NCBI GenBank assembly: GCA_964612595.1
Contig: CAZTFB010000004.1
Coordinates: forward strand, 193 to 64,192
DNA from: an uncultured Gammaproteobacteria bacterium
Lineage (GTDB): Bacteria > Patescibacteriota > Microgenomatia > UBA1406 > HO2-37-13b
Length of the DNA stretch: 64,000 nucleotides
Direction of reading: 5' to 3'
In this document: positions 47,969 to 56,106 of the stretch, one piece after another
How the letters are laid out: each line of letters starts with the position of its first letter
Numbering within the stretch: the first letter of the stretch is position 1
Notes under the pieces: generated by a model
What the model was told of the DNA's origin: nothing
The model's input: the letters and a program-made list of their open reading frames with translations, nothing else
The model's database searches: none
Program-made: the position numbers and the translations under genes

Positions 47969-50033
47969 GCTTCAGTGAATATAGAGCTGCAAGTGATGCG
48001 GTAATGAAAAGCGTACCTTGTGTAATAACCGTCGCCCAACTTGCGCCGATGTAGGAATGCGACGGAATAAGAAGGATATTACACAGAATATTGACGAGAA
48101 GCGTAGTAAGTGAAGAGTAGAGGATAAACTTTTCACGCTTGTGCACAATGACTATTGTATAGGCGTAGCCTGCAAGTATGGTGAAAATAGCTCCTAATGA
48201 AAGTATGCGAAGCGATAGAACAGATGAGATAAATTGATCGCCGCCTATGATATGAATAAGGAAGGGTGCTGTTATGTATAGAAGTAATCCGAGGCCCCCA
48301 GCAAGGCCAAGCGTCTTAAAGATCGTGTCTTTTGTGACTGATTTCATAAATGGAAGAAGTGTTTGAGTATATAAACCTCCAATGACAATAGCTAACTCAA
48401 ACGGCCTGTATGCGACCGCATACATACCAACATCTGAGAAAATTTCAGGCGGATAATAATAACCAAGAAAGATGACATCAAGTCTAAAATAAGCAACACT
48501 TATGAGCGAAGCTAAACCAAAGGGCAATATTTCGAGAAGCGATGTTCGCAATATGCCAAATGACGACATATGAATGCTAAGGGGGATAGAGCGCTTAACA
48601 AAGAAAAAGGAAATACCTGATGCAAGAGCGCCAAGCAGTAACAACGCTTCAACCGATGCTCCACGCATAGACCCAATTGCAAGGGCAGTGAACATTATGA
48701 GGGCAAAAATTATCTGGGATTTTGCCGCAGAAAAAAATGCCTTTTTTCCTTTTTGATATGCAATTAACCCGTTAGACAATAAAAAGAATGCGTGAGAAAT
48801 TCCTGCGATCATAAACGATATGCCCCCAAAAACGGAGATCGCAATCATGCTGCTTGCTAGTAGTGCGCGAAGTCCAAGATAGCGCGAGACTACTGCGTCA
48901 CGACGGTGTGCTGCTTCGCGCATAATGAGACTATCGATGCCAAAGTCTGCCACAGTCATCAGTAATATAGACATTGATATTATGTAGCTATATGTACTCA
49001 TCCCTGATGGGGACAAGCTACGTGCAAGTAGTGAAAATGCTGCGAGGCCACATAATGCTGCGCCAATTTTCCCAATAAACTGCCACGCGGTTGCCTTAGC
49101 TATAGGTGCTCTATCAGCAATGCCGATGCTCATCCCTGTCATAACAGCCACATCGGCTACTAACTGTAAAGCGGGTAGCACGATGAGTGCATATGGATGG
49201 CGCACATAACGATAATTTTTTTGGACAGCCCAAAGTATGTATAAAACGAAGGCTGCTATGAGAAATATCCACGCAGCAGGATAATAGAATCCCATTAAAA
49301 GTGCTCCTGCTGCAACAACATACCTGCCAAAAAGAAACGGTGTTTGTGGCCGCACATATAGGGCTTGACCGTCGCCTCGGGCATACATAAAAAGCTGTTC
49401 CGCGACGGCAGACCATGTTGATTCTTGCGGCCAGGTCACCAGCGCCCCTTTCTTGAGCTCAAAATATAACCCTACATCTCGCATTCGTCGTGCAAATATA
49501 AGATCTTCACAATAATCTAAATCTTCTGGGTATCCACCAACCCTATTCCACGATGCCTTTCTGAATGCGATAGATCGCGAAGAGGGGAGATAAGCATCGT
49601 TTACTTTGTCGGGCATCACACAGGTATATGCTGCCACAGATTTTTGAAATACGTTCCCATCACCCGGTTGATAATATCCCGAGACCACATCAACGGTTTT
49701 ATTTTTAAAAGGCTCTGTTATATTTCGTAGCCAATGTTTTGATAGCGAACATCCCGCATCACTTACCGCAATGATGGGATGCGAGGCCTTTTCAATTGCT
49801 CTATTCCTTCCTTGTGCTCTATTACAATCCAGACGCATCACGATAAAGGGAATGCGCAGTTTTTTACATTTTGATTCGTATGAGCGCAATACATTTACTG
49901 TCGCATCGGAACTCATCGCATCAACAACAACTATCTCATCAGGACGTCTCGATTGTAATAACAGCGAAGAGAGCAACTTGTCCACTCCGGCTTTATCGTT
50001 TTTTACCGTCGCTATAAAGGTTACTTTTTCCAT
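47946..50033 (-). CDS. Fusion protein: N-terminal GT2 glycosyltransferase + C-terminal MOP/Wzx-like flippase domain (copy 4)
   Basis: 695 aa. Residues 1-~230 are GT-A (VTFIATVKNDKAGV..IVVVDAMSSDAT..AVSDAGCSL..YCEDLIF). These are followed by ~4 TM and then a Wzx-type N-terminus (AAFSLLARSLSPSGMSTYSYIISMSILL) with about 10 or more TM. Confidence 0.6.
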   Translation of the reverse strand: MEKVTFIATVKNDKAGVDKLLSSLLLQSRRPDEIVVVDAMSSDATVNVLRSYESKCKKLRIPFIVMRLDCNRAQGRNRAIEKASHPIIAVSDAGCSLSKHWLRNITEPFKNKTVDVVSGYYQPGDGNVFQKSVAAYTCVMPDKVNDAYLPSSRSIAFRKASWNRVGGYPEDLDYCEDLIFARRMRDVGLYFELKKGALVTWPQESTWSAVAEQLFMYARGDGQALYVRPQTPFLFGRYVVAAGALLMGFYYPAAWIFLIAAFVLYILWAVQKNYRYVRHPYALIVLPALQLVADVAVMTGMSIGIADRAPIAKATAWQFIGKIGAALCGLAAFSLLARSLSPSGMSTYSYIISMSILLMTVADFGIDSLIMREAAHRRDAVVSRYLGLRALLASSMIAISVFGGISFMIAGISHAFFLLSNGLIAYQKGKKAFFSAAKSQIIFALIMFTALAIGSMRGASVEALLLLGALASGISFFFVKRSIPLSIHMSSFGILRTSLLEILPFGLASLISVAYFRLDVIFLGYYYPPEIFSDVGMYAVAYRPFELAIVIGGLYTQTLLPFMKSVTKDTIFKTLGLAGGLGLLLYITAPFLIHIIGGDQFISSVLSLRILSLGAIFTILAGYAYTIVIVHKREKFILYSSLTTLLVNILCNILLIPSHSYIGASWATVITQGTLFITASLAALYSLKLTRGPHR

Positions 50034-50989
50034 AGGTCAAGATAGTCATTTACAATCACATCCCAAGAAAAAGTTTTCTGCGTTGCTTCAGCTACTCGTT
50101 CTGCATTCCAATCTTTCTGGAGATTAACCAACTTCTCATACACGTTGTCAACCGTGATGCTCATCACAATGTTGTTTGCGAGTGGAAATGTCTCAAGGTA
50201 CTCTTTTTTTAATGTGTTATCATAAAAAGCTAGAACTGGTTTTCCAAACGATAATGCATCGATCATAGTTAAGTATGATGATGCACACACAACATCCGCA
50301 TCGATAGTTGGTTGTACAAGATCATCAACAAACCCATGAACATCTCCATACTTTTCAATACTTTTTCTATGCGGACCATCGCCATACACATCAAGTGTGT
50401 GTGAAACCTTATTCTTTTTAAGCTGCGCAAAGAACTTCACATACTGTGGAAGGCCAATATCGCTTGTGAGTCGTCCAATAAGCACAAAACGAAGTTTTTT
50501 CTTAGAATAGGAACTTTGCGATGGCTTGGAAATGATGTAGGTTGATCCTCCATAGATCACTTTTGTTGGATGGGTACCATACCATTTCTGAATATACGCA
50601 CCGACTTCTATGGTTTTTTTTGAGAGCAATGCGCTCAATTTACGAAGAAATACTGCCTTTTTTGTGGGAGGCACGACGCCCTCATATCCGTGAAAAGTTG
50701 TATAGACTGGCTTAAAGAATAGTAAAAAACGTACTGGCAGATACCAAAAAAATACATCATGAACATGCACGATATCTGCAGAAAGAAAAAGGGGGATTCG
50801 ACGGATCATCTGATACCAAATGCGAAACTTTTTCAAAAAACCGGGTTTTCCAAAAGTAAGCTCCTCATCCTCTGAGAGTACGATTATTTCGTGACCCTTC
50901 GCTTTTAACCTCTCAGAAATTTCTTCAACATGGCGCTCGACACCTCCTATTGACGGATACGAGCGAGCGCATATAAAGACGATTTTCAT
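50021..50989 (-). CDS. GT4 (GT-B fold) glycosyltransferase
   Basis: MKIVFICARSYPSIGGVERHVEEISERLKAKGHEIIVL. I prefer this ATG over the upstream track start at 51052. Confidence 0.7.
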   Translation of the reverse strand: MKIVFICARSYPSIGGVERHVEEISERLKAKGHEIIVLSEDEELTFGKPGFLKKFRIWYQMIRRIPLFLSADIVHVHDVFFWYLPVRFLLFFKPVYTTFHGYEGVVPPTKKAVFLRKLSALLSKKTIEVGAYIQKWYGTHPTKVIYGGSTYIISKPSQSSYSKKKLRFVLIGRLTSDIGLPQYVKFFAQLKKNKVSHTLDVYGDGPHRKSIEKYGDVHGFVDDLVQPTIDADVVCASSYLTMIDALSFGKPVLAFYDNTLKKEYLETFPLANNIVMSITVDNVYEKLVNLQKDWNAERVAEATQKTFSWDVIVNDYLDLWKK

Positions 50990-51030
50990 GTTCTCATTGT
51001 AGCAGAGAGGTTGTGGTACACTTGAGCTAG

Positions 51031-52431
51031 ATGATCTGGCTACTTTTAGCACTAGGACTGTTGCTTCGTATTATCTCACTTGATCAGTCATTTTGGCTTG
51101 ATGAGGCAGCCCAAGCAGTACTTTCACGTACACCTATTTTGAATGTAGATTATGCTGCCGACTTTCAACCACCTCTATACTACATTCTTGCGCATGCATG
51201 GATGTTTATTGGATCATTATTCAACATTCATCAAGCAGAGTGGTTTCTTCGCCTTCCATCGGTGTTTTTTGGTGTTGCAACAATCTATGTTACGTATCTT
51301 TTAGGAAAAAAGCTTTTCTCAAGAAACGCTGGACTTTTAGCAGCAGGATTCCTCGCGATTGCACCCTTTCACATCTATTATTCCCAAGAATTTCGCATGT
51401 ACGCACTCTTAACCCTTCTGTGCGCATTATGTTGGCATGAGCTTATCCAGAAGCGGTGGATTGCTCTTTCTTTTATTGTATCGCTGAGTCTATTTACACA
51501 CTATTTTGCTTTTGTGAACGTAGCTGTCATGGGAATATATTTGCTAAGTTCAGGTGAGAAAAGAGGGTTTGGTTATGTACTGGGTGGACTCATCCCATTT
51601 TCATTATGGCTACCAACGCTCCTAGAGCAGATAACTACGGCAAACCAATTACTATCGCTTTGGCCAAAGTGGTCCGAAGTAAGCAACGCAGGATTTTTTA
51701 AATTTCTCCCGCTATTGGCCGCTAAATGGACAGTAGGTATGATTAGTCCTGAAAACAGAATGGTGTATGCGATAGCGGTAGGAATATTTGTTAGCATAGG
51801 CGCTATCGCTGGCTTTTTCTATGTAAAAGCTCTGATGAAGGGGGGTATATCAAAAAACAATTCATATCGTGTACTAGTACATTATGGACTTGTCTCTATC
51901 CTTATAGCGTGGTTCGGTGGATTATGGTTTCCTGCTGCAACGCCAACAAGAATACAATTTGTCCTCCCGGCAATATATCTTATAATCGCGCAAGGATGTA
52001 ATCGTGTACTAGTACATAAAAAATACAAGCGCATTATATATGTGGGGATAGGCCTACTCTGCGCGATACAGCTTTTCTTTACTTTAGACTATCTTTTTAT
52101 GAAGAAGCACCATAGAGAGGACTGGCGTGGCGCTATAGCGTACACCGACGAATACATCTCTACATATAAGTTAGAAAGCACAGCAGCAATTACCATCTTC
52201 GATAATAAATGGGCCCCAATGGACTGGTATAGCAAGTTCCCACATAATTACTCCGGAGGAACGTCGTATGATAAGGTGGAGCACATAATTTTATTTACTT
52301 ACTTATTCGAAGTGTTTGACCCAAGTAAAAAAATTGAAAATGCATTACAAAAAGACTACAAACTAACCCAAGAAAAAGATTTTAGAGGTGTTGGAATTAT
52401 TAAAATTTTTTCAGCTGTTCATGACCGTTGA
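51031..52431 (+). CDS. GT-C membrane glycosyltransferase, ArnT/PMT_2-like (copy 5)
   Basis: 466 aa with about 11 TM. The first loop is SLDQSFWLDEAAQAVLS (FW-x-DEA motif), followed by FHIYYSQEFRMYAL. Confidence 0.7.
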   Translation: MIWLLLALGLLLRIISLDQSFWLDEAAQAVLSRTPILNVDYAADFQPPLYYILAHAWMFIGSLFNIHQAEWFLRLPSVFFGVATIYVTYLLGKKLFSRNAGLLAAGFLAIAPFHIYYSQEFRMYALLTLLCALCWHELIQKRWIALSFIVSLSLFTHYFAFVNVAVMGIYLLSSGEKRGFGYVLGGLIPFSLWLPTLLEQITTANQLLSLWPKWSEVSNAGFFKFLPLLAAKWTVGMISPENRMVYAIAVGIFVSIGAIAGFFYVKALMKGGISKNNSYRVLVHYGLVSILIAWFGGLWFPAATPTRIQFVLPAIYLIIAQGCNRVLVHKKYKRIIYVGIGLLCAIQLFFTLDYLFMKKHHREDWRGAIAYTDEYISTYKLESTAAITIFDNKWAPMDWYSKFPHNYSGGTSYDKVEHIILFTYLFEVFDPSKKIENALQKDYKLTQEKDFRGVGIIKIFSAVHDR

Positions 52432-53152
52432 GGGAAGTCGAACACTACCTGTATTTGGTGGTATTGCAACTGTTTATGACACACCACTTTGTCCGAACAA
52501 AGGATTAAATGGCCCAATTCAAAAAGCGCCTATTTCTGCAAGCGGCGTCACCGTTGGAGAAGCGGCGCGCGAATTTGGTGCAGCATCGTTTATAGACTAT
52601 ATCCATTCAGGATCTGACATAGATCCCTATGGCATTCCTGCATCATTGGGTATAGGGTTTGCACCACATATTCGCTCACGATATATATCATTTCCCATGA
52701 AGAATGGGGGATATGCAGTTACCTTTAATGTCCCCCATATCGAAACTGGCATGGAAGGCCATATGGTCGGCGTCGCACTATGGGCACAACTCTTAAAACG
52801 TTTACGTGAAGAACGCCCCGAGATGCTTGCATACACGTTTTATGAAGGAGATAGTGGGTGGCGATCTACAATTGATCCATTTCTTAATGTAATGGCAACT
52901 TCATTTACCACTTCCTTGGTGGGCGGTTTTTCAGAAATTGGCGATGAAAAAGAAGCACAAATTGTTGATGAAGTTCATAAAGGAGAAGTTTTAGATGGAT
53001 TACCAGCAGAAACTGTGCAACATATCCGAAGATTCATTAAGGATGGCGTAAAAAGAGGGCTTGAAGAAGGCAGATCTGCACTTCACATACTCTTTGCTAC
53101 GCACAACCGTCTTAGTTATGAGGGATATATGGATAGAAGAAATCCTCGATAA
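52421..53152 (+). CDS. Soluble hypothetical protein, translationally linked to GT-C copy 5
   Basis: I take the start at MTVEGSR, which overlaps the upstream stop by 11 nt. It has no TM and I recognise no family. Confidence 0.35.
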   Translation: MTVEGSRTLPVFGGIATVYDTPLCPNKGLNGPIQKAPISASGVTVGEAAREFGAASFIDYIHSGSDIDPYGIPASLGIGFAPHIRSRYISFPMKNGGYAVTFNVPHIETGMEGHMVGVALWAQLLKRLREERPEMLAYTFYEGDSGWRSTIDPFLNVMATSFTTSLVGGFSEIGDEKEAQIVDEVHKGEVLDGLPAETVQHIRRFIKDGVKRGLEEGRSALHILFATHNRLSYEGYMDRRNPR

Positions 53153-53154
53153 CG

Positions 53155-53604
53155 CTATGAAGCTTTTTTAGCCGTCTTTTTTGCGACATTCTTTTTCTTA
53201 TCAGTTCCTACGAGTTTCTTTATATCTTTTTCAAGATAAGCAGTTAGTTTCTTTAGCTGATCCTGTGGAAGTTCGTGATCTTCTTTAACCTTATCGACTG
53301 CTTGCAATGCTATATCTTTATATTTTGCTGTATCGAGTTTTTTATAATTCTCTGAAAGTTTATCGAGCTGAGCAACAACTTCCTTTTGAGCCGTATGATA
53401 GAGTTCAACAGATTCTTTTGATACTTTACCAAAGATATCTTTTACTGCTGCATCAGGGTTTTTTGAAATATCATCATAAAGTTTTTTTGCATCTTTGCGA
53501 AGTTCTTTTCCTGCTTTAGGAGCTAAGAAGAGGCCGGCCACTGCACCAGCCGCCGCACCGAGAAGAAGTCCAACCCCAAGTTTAGAAGTTTTTTTCATTG
53601 CCAT
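53155..53604 (-). CDS. YtxH-domain protein
   Basis: GVGLLLGAAAGAVAGLFLAPKAGKELRKDAKK is followed by a Lys/Asp-rich helical region. Confidence 0.7.
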   Translation of the reverse strand: MAMKKTSKLGVGLLLGAAAGAVAGLFLAPKAGKELRKDAKKLYDDISKNPDAAVKDIFGKVSKESVELYHTAQKEVVAQLDKLSENYKKLDTAKYKDIALQAVDKVKEDHELPQDQLKKLTAYLEKDIKKLVGTDKKKNVAKKTAKKAS

Positions 53605-53621
53605 AGATTCAGTATATCATA

Positions 53622-53975
53622 CTATCTATCTTTTGTGTATTCTGTAAGTAGTGTCTCCATTTTCTTCCTGATGGCACGGTCTAAATCAACCCCCAGTGCG
53701 TTAGCGAGGCTCGTTGAAGCGATAATTACATCGCTAAACTCCGCGTAAAGATTTGCCATTTTAAACTTTGCGAGCTTAGATTTTCGTTGCAGCGCGAGCA
53801 CCGCTAATATTTCATTTGCCAGCTCGCCAACTTCCTCTTGCAGCTTAACCGTTTTCATAAGAATATCCTTTTCTTTCTTTGTAAGAGAGCGAAATTCGAT
53901 ACGTAGTGCCGTTTCATTCTGAGCTAACTTCTCTTGCAAACCCTTGATTGTTGTGGGTTCTTTGTATTCTTTCAT
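53622..53975 (-). CDS. MazG-like nucleotide pyrophosphohydrolase domain protein
   Basis: 117 aa. EEVGELANEI and EFSDVIIASTSLANALGVDLDRAIRKKM are present. Confidence 0.6.
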   Translation of the reverse strand: MKEYKEPTTIKGLQEKLAQNETALRIEFRSLTKKEKDILMKTVKLQEEVGELANEILAVLALQRKSKLAKFKMANLYAEFSDVIIASTSLANALGVDLDRAIRKKMETLLTEYTKDR

Positions 53976-53997
53976 ACGTAAAGTATACCAAATACGG

Positions 53998-54003
53998 TAT
54001 AAT
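53998..54003 (+). promoter_or_regulatory. -10 box (TATAAT) for the tRNA-Arg/alkD-like transcript
   Basis: The sequence is acggTATAATaacgct, about 15 nt before the tRNA 5' end. Confidence 0.5.
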
Positions 54004-54018
54004 AACGCTGTTTAGACA

Positions 54019-54094
54019 GTTCTCGTAGCTCAATGGATAGAGCGTTGGTTTGCGGAACCAAAGGTTGGAGGTTCGATTCCTCTCGAGAACACCA
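54019..54094 (+). tRNA. tRNA-Arg (anticodon GCG), CCA encoded
   Basis: I hand-folded a cloverleaf. The 7-bp acceptor GTTCTCG/CGAGAAC is perfect. The D arm is GCTC-AATGGATA-GAGC. The anticodon arm is TTGGT-TTGCGGA-ACCAA, with GCG at 54052-54054. The T arm is GGAGG-TTCGATT-CCTCT. The discriminator is A, followed by CCA. Confidence 0.85.
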
Positions 54095-54096
54095 AA

Positions 54097-54804
54097 ATGC
54101 TAGCTCAACTTGAAAAAGAACTCTTACAGCTCAAAGATTCAGAGAGAGGTGCTCTTCTTCAGCGATTCTTCAAAACAGGCGAAGGTCAATATGGTGCAGG
54201 TGATATTTTTTTCGGTCTTACCGTTCCACAATGTAGGGGATATGCAAAAAAATATGCCGGTATGGCGCATGCTGACATCACAAAACTCCTCGCTTCGCCG
54301 ATTCACGAAAAGCGACTCATTGCACTCCTTATCCTCGTACATAATTTTGAAAAGGGAACCGATGACGAAAAAAAACGCATCTTTGATTTCTATATTAAAT
54401 CGCTTAAATATGTCAACAACTGGGACCTCGTCGATCTAACAGCAGGAAAGATTGTGGGTAGGTATTTATATAAACTTGATCGCTCGATTCTATATACTTT
54501 GGCTCGTTCTAAAGATCTGTGGGAGAAGCGAGTAGCGATTATTGCTACCTCACATTTTATAGGTAAGGGGGAATTCGATGATACTTTAAAGATCTCCGAA
54601 ATTCTTTTACATGATTCGCATGATTTGATTCATAAAGCTGTGGGTTGGATGTTGCGGGAAGTGGGGAAGCGGGATGAAAAAAAAGAAAAGGATTTTCTTG
54701 ATAAATATGCCAACGTTATGCCACGAACGATGCTTCGCTACGCGATAGAGAAATTTCCAGAAGCGGAAAGAAAAAAATACCTGAATGCTAAAAACGTCGT
54801 ATAG
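54097..54804 (+). CDS. DNA alkylation repair protein (AlkD-like HEAT-repeat family)
   Basis: 235 aa. LLQRFFKTGEGQYGAGDIFFGLTVPQCRGYAKKY and NNWDLVD...HKAVGWMLRE fit the DNA alkylation repair enzyme family. Confidence 0.8.
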   Translation: MLAQLEKELLQLKDSERGALLQRFFKTGEGQYGAGDIFFGLTVPQCRGYAKKYAGMAHADITKLLASPIHEKRLIALLILVHNFEKGTDDEKKRIFDFYIKSLKYVNNWDLVDLTAGKIVGRYLYKLDRSILYTLARSKDLWEKRVAIIATSHFIGKGEFDDTLKISEILLHDSHDLIHKAVGWMLREVGKRDEKKEKDFLDKYANVMPRTMLRYAIEKFPEAERKKYLNAKNVV

Positions 54805-54824
54805 GCTTTTGTTGTCCTTGCAAT

Positions 54825-54861
54825 AATTGACCCATAATGGGTCATATACAGGGTCAATTTT
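54825..54861 (+). terminator. Candidate terminator / alternative hairpins after the alkD-like gene
   Basis: AATTGACCC (54825-54833) can pair with GGGTCA (54839-54844) or with GGGTCAATT (54851-54859). A run of T follows. Confidence 0.4.
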
Positions 54862-54947
54862 ACATAGTGGTTCTAAAGTGGAGGTAGGATGGCTTATATT
54901 GCTTTACAACATGCCTCGACTTATAATAGCCTACAGAAGAACGAATT

Positions 54948-55018
54948 AGGGGTGTAGTTAAATGGTATAACAGAGGTCTCCAAAACCTCTATTGGGGGTT
55001 CGATTCCCTCCACCCCTG
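54948..55018 (+). tRNA. tRNA-Trp (anticodon CCA), CCA not encoded
   Basis: Hand-folded cloverleaf. The acceptor AGGGGTG/CACCCCT is perfect. The D arm is GTTA-AATGGTA-TAAC. The anticodon arm is GAGGT-CTCCAAA-ACCTC, with CCA at 54980-54982. The T arm is GGGGG-TTCGATT-CCCTC. The discriminator is G. TATAAT at 54922-54927 lies upstream. Confidence 0.85.
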
Positions 55019-55111
55019 CTTTAGATTGATACAAAGCTCCGAATAACACTACGACCGTGAAGATTCTTGTGAAGAATAGGTCCCGCAGGATAGAAAGATA
55101 CTTATAAACAC

Positions 55112-55153
55112 AAATGGCGTGGGGTGACCGAAGTCATTTTCCCCACGCCATTT
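55112..55153 (-). terminator. Long hairpin terminator of the high-GC gene
   Basis: AAATGGCGTGGGG (55112-55124) pairs with CCCCACGCCATTT (55141-55153). An inner TGAC/GTCA stem is capped by TTCG on the minus strand. On the minus strand the hairpin is followed by GTGTTTAT. Confidence 0.6.
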
Positions 55154-55177
55154 GCACGAATACTGCTCTGTTGCGGC

Positions 55178-56056
55178 TTACGCCGCGATGTCGCCCGGGT
55201 TCTTCCAGTCCTCGGGCGTGATGTGTGCCGCGAACAGCGGGCCCACACCTTCTCTGAAGAACACGACCAGGAACGGATCGGTGATGCGCAGGTCCGGCTT
55301 GAAGTCGCCTCCGCCTCCGCGAGTCACCGCCACGGCCGTGGCACTCTGGGCGTGGGCGCCGACCTCGTTCATCCGCAGGCGATTCTCTTGGAGCGCCTGT
55401 GAGATGACGGCCGGCCTTCCGTCATCGCCGATAGTGCGCAAGCCGAGGAGCCAACCGATGTCGACCTGCTGACGCACCTTGACCATCGGGAACACCAGCC
55501 CTCCGAAGGTGTCGAGGTAATCCGAGTCCACCGCCCGGAGAAGGCGACGCGCGTCGTCCATGAGTCCGAAGACACCAGGGCTGACCGACTGCTGTGCCAT
55601 CATCAGCACCTTGTCGGCGCTCCGGTTGGTCGGGATCATGACCGCCGGTCCCGAAGGTCCGTTGAAGAACGAGAGACCCGTCTTCTCGAGCCGCACCGCC
55701 GGGTACTGCTGACCCGTGGTCTCAGACATGAACGTCGTTGCGGTTCCGCGCACCACCCATTCGACCAACAGGTCGAGCACGGCGGCCGCAGCGAAGGTGT
55801 TGTCCGGGAGCTCGTTGAGCTGGATGGTGAAACCCCGATCGCGCAGGAACTTGTTCACCACCGAGACATCCCAGCTGGCGATCGCATCCATGAGATCAGC
55901 GATCATCTCGGCCCGCGTCTGACCCCAGAACTGGTTCAAGAACGCGGCTTGGTCATCGTTGTCGGATTGCCACACCCGACCCCGGCCCATTCCGGGCATG
56001 GTCTCTGCCGCGAGAAGCGCGGCCACGATCGAGAGCGGACAGGTTGTGGTTGTCAT
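55178..56056 (-). CDS. Compact serpin-like protein in a high-GC insertion
   Basis: ~292 aa from ATG 56056, which has AGGAG 7 nt upstream. The track starts at 56089. The C-terminal third aligns by eye to the serpin hinge and RCL: ISQALQENRLRMNEVGAHAQSATAVAV and DPFLVVFF..GPLFAAHITP. The N-terminus CPLSIVAALLAAE is similar to SPlSi..ALaml. No HMM search was run. Confidence 0.45.
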   Translation of the reverse strand: MTTTTCPLSIVAALLAAETMPGMGRGRVWQSDNDDQAAFLNQFWGQTRAEMIADLMDAIASWDVSVVNKFLRDRGFTIQLNELPDNTFAAAAVLDLLVEWVVRGTATTFMSETTGQQYPAVRLEKTGLSFFNGPSGPAVMIPTNRSADKVLMMAQQSVSPGVFGLMDDARRLLRAVDSDYLDTFGGLVFPMVKVRQQVDIGWLLGLRTIGDDGRPAVISQALQENRLRMNEVGAHAQSATAVAVTRGGGGDFKPDLRITDPFLVVFFREGVGPLFAAHITPEDWKNPGDIAA

Positions 56057-56081
56057 GCGAAGTCTCCTGTAATTGGCTGTG

Positions 56082-56106
56082 CTGTCCATTCCATATGAAT
56101 GGACAG
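56082..56106. promoter_or_regulatory. Inverted repeat upstream of the high-GC gene (operator-like)
   Basis: The repeat is CTGTCCATT-N7-AATGGACAG. It lies 26-50 nt upstream of ATG 56056 on the minus strand. Confidence 0.4.

Noticed and set aside
54110-54439. 109-aa ORF in another frame of the AlkD-like gene
   Set aside because: It overlaps a longer ORF that has clear family motifs and has no independent signals.
55124-55472. Two plus-strand ORFs (92 and 106 aa) inside the high-GC block
   Set aside because: High GC suppresses stop codons in all frames. These ORFs are antisense to the longer ORF that has the SD, the terminator and recognisable motifs.
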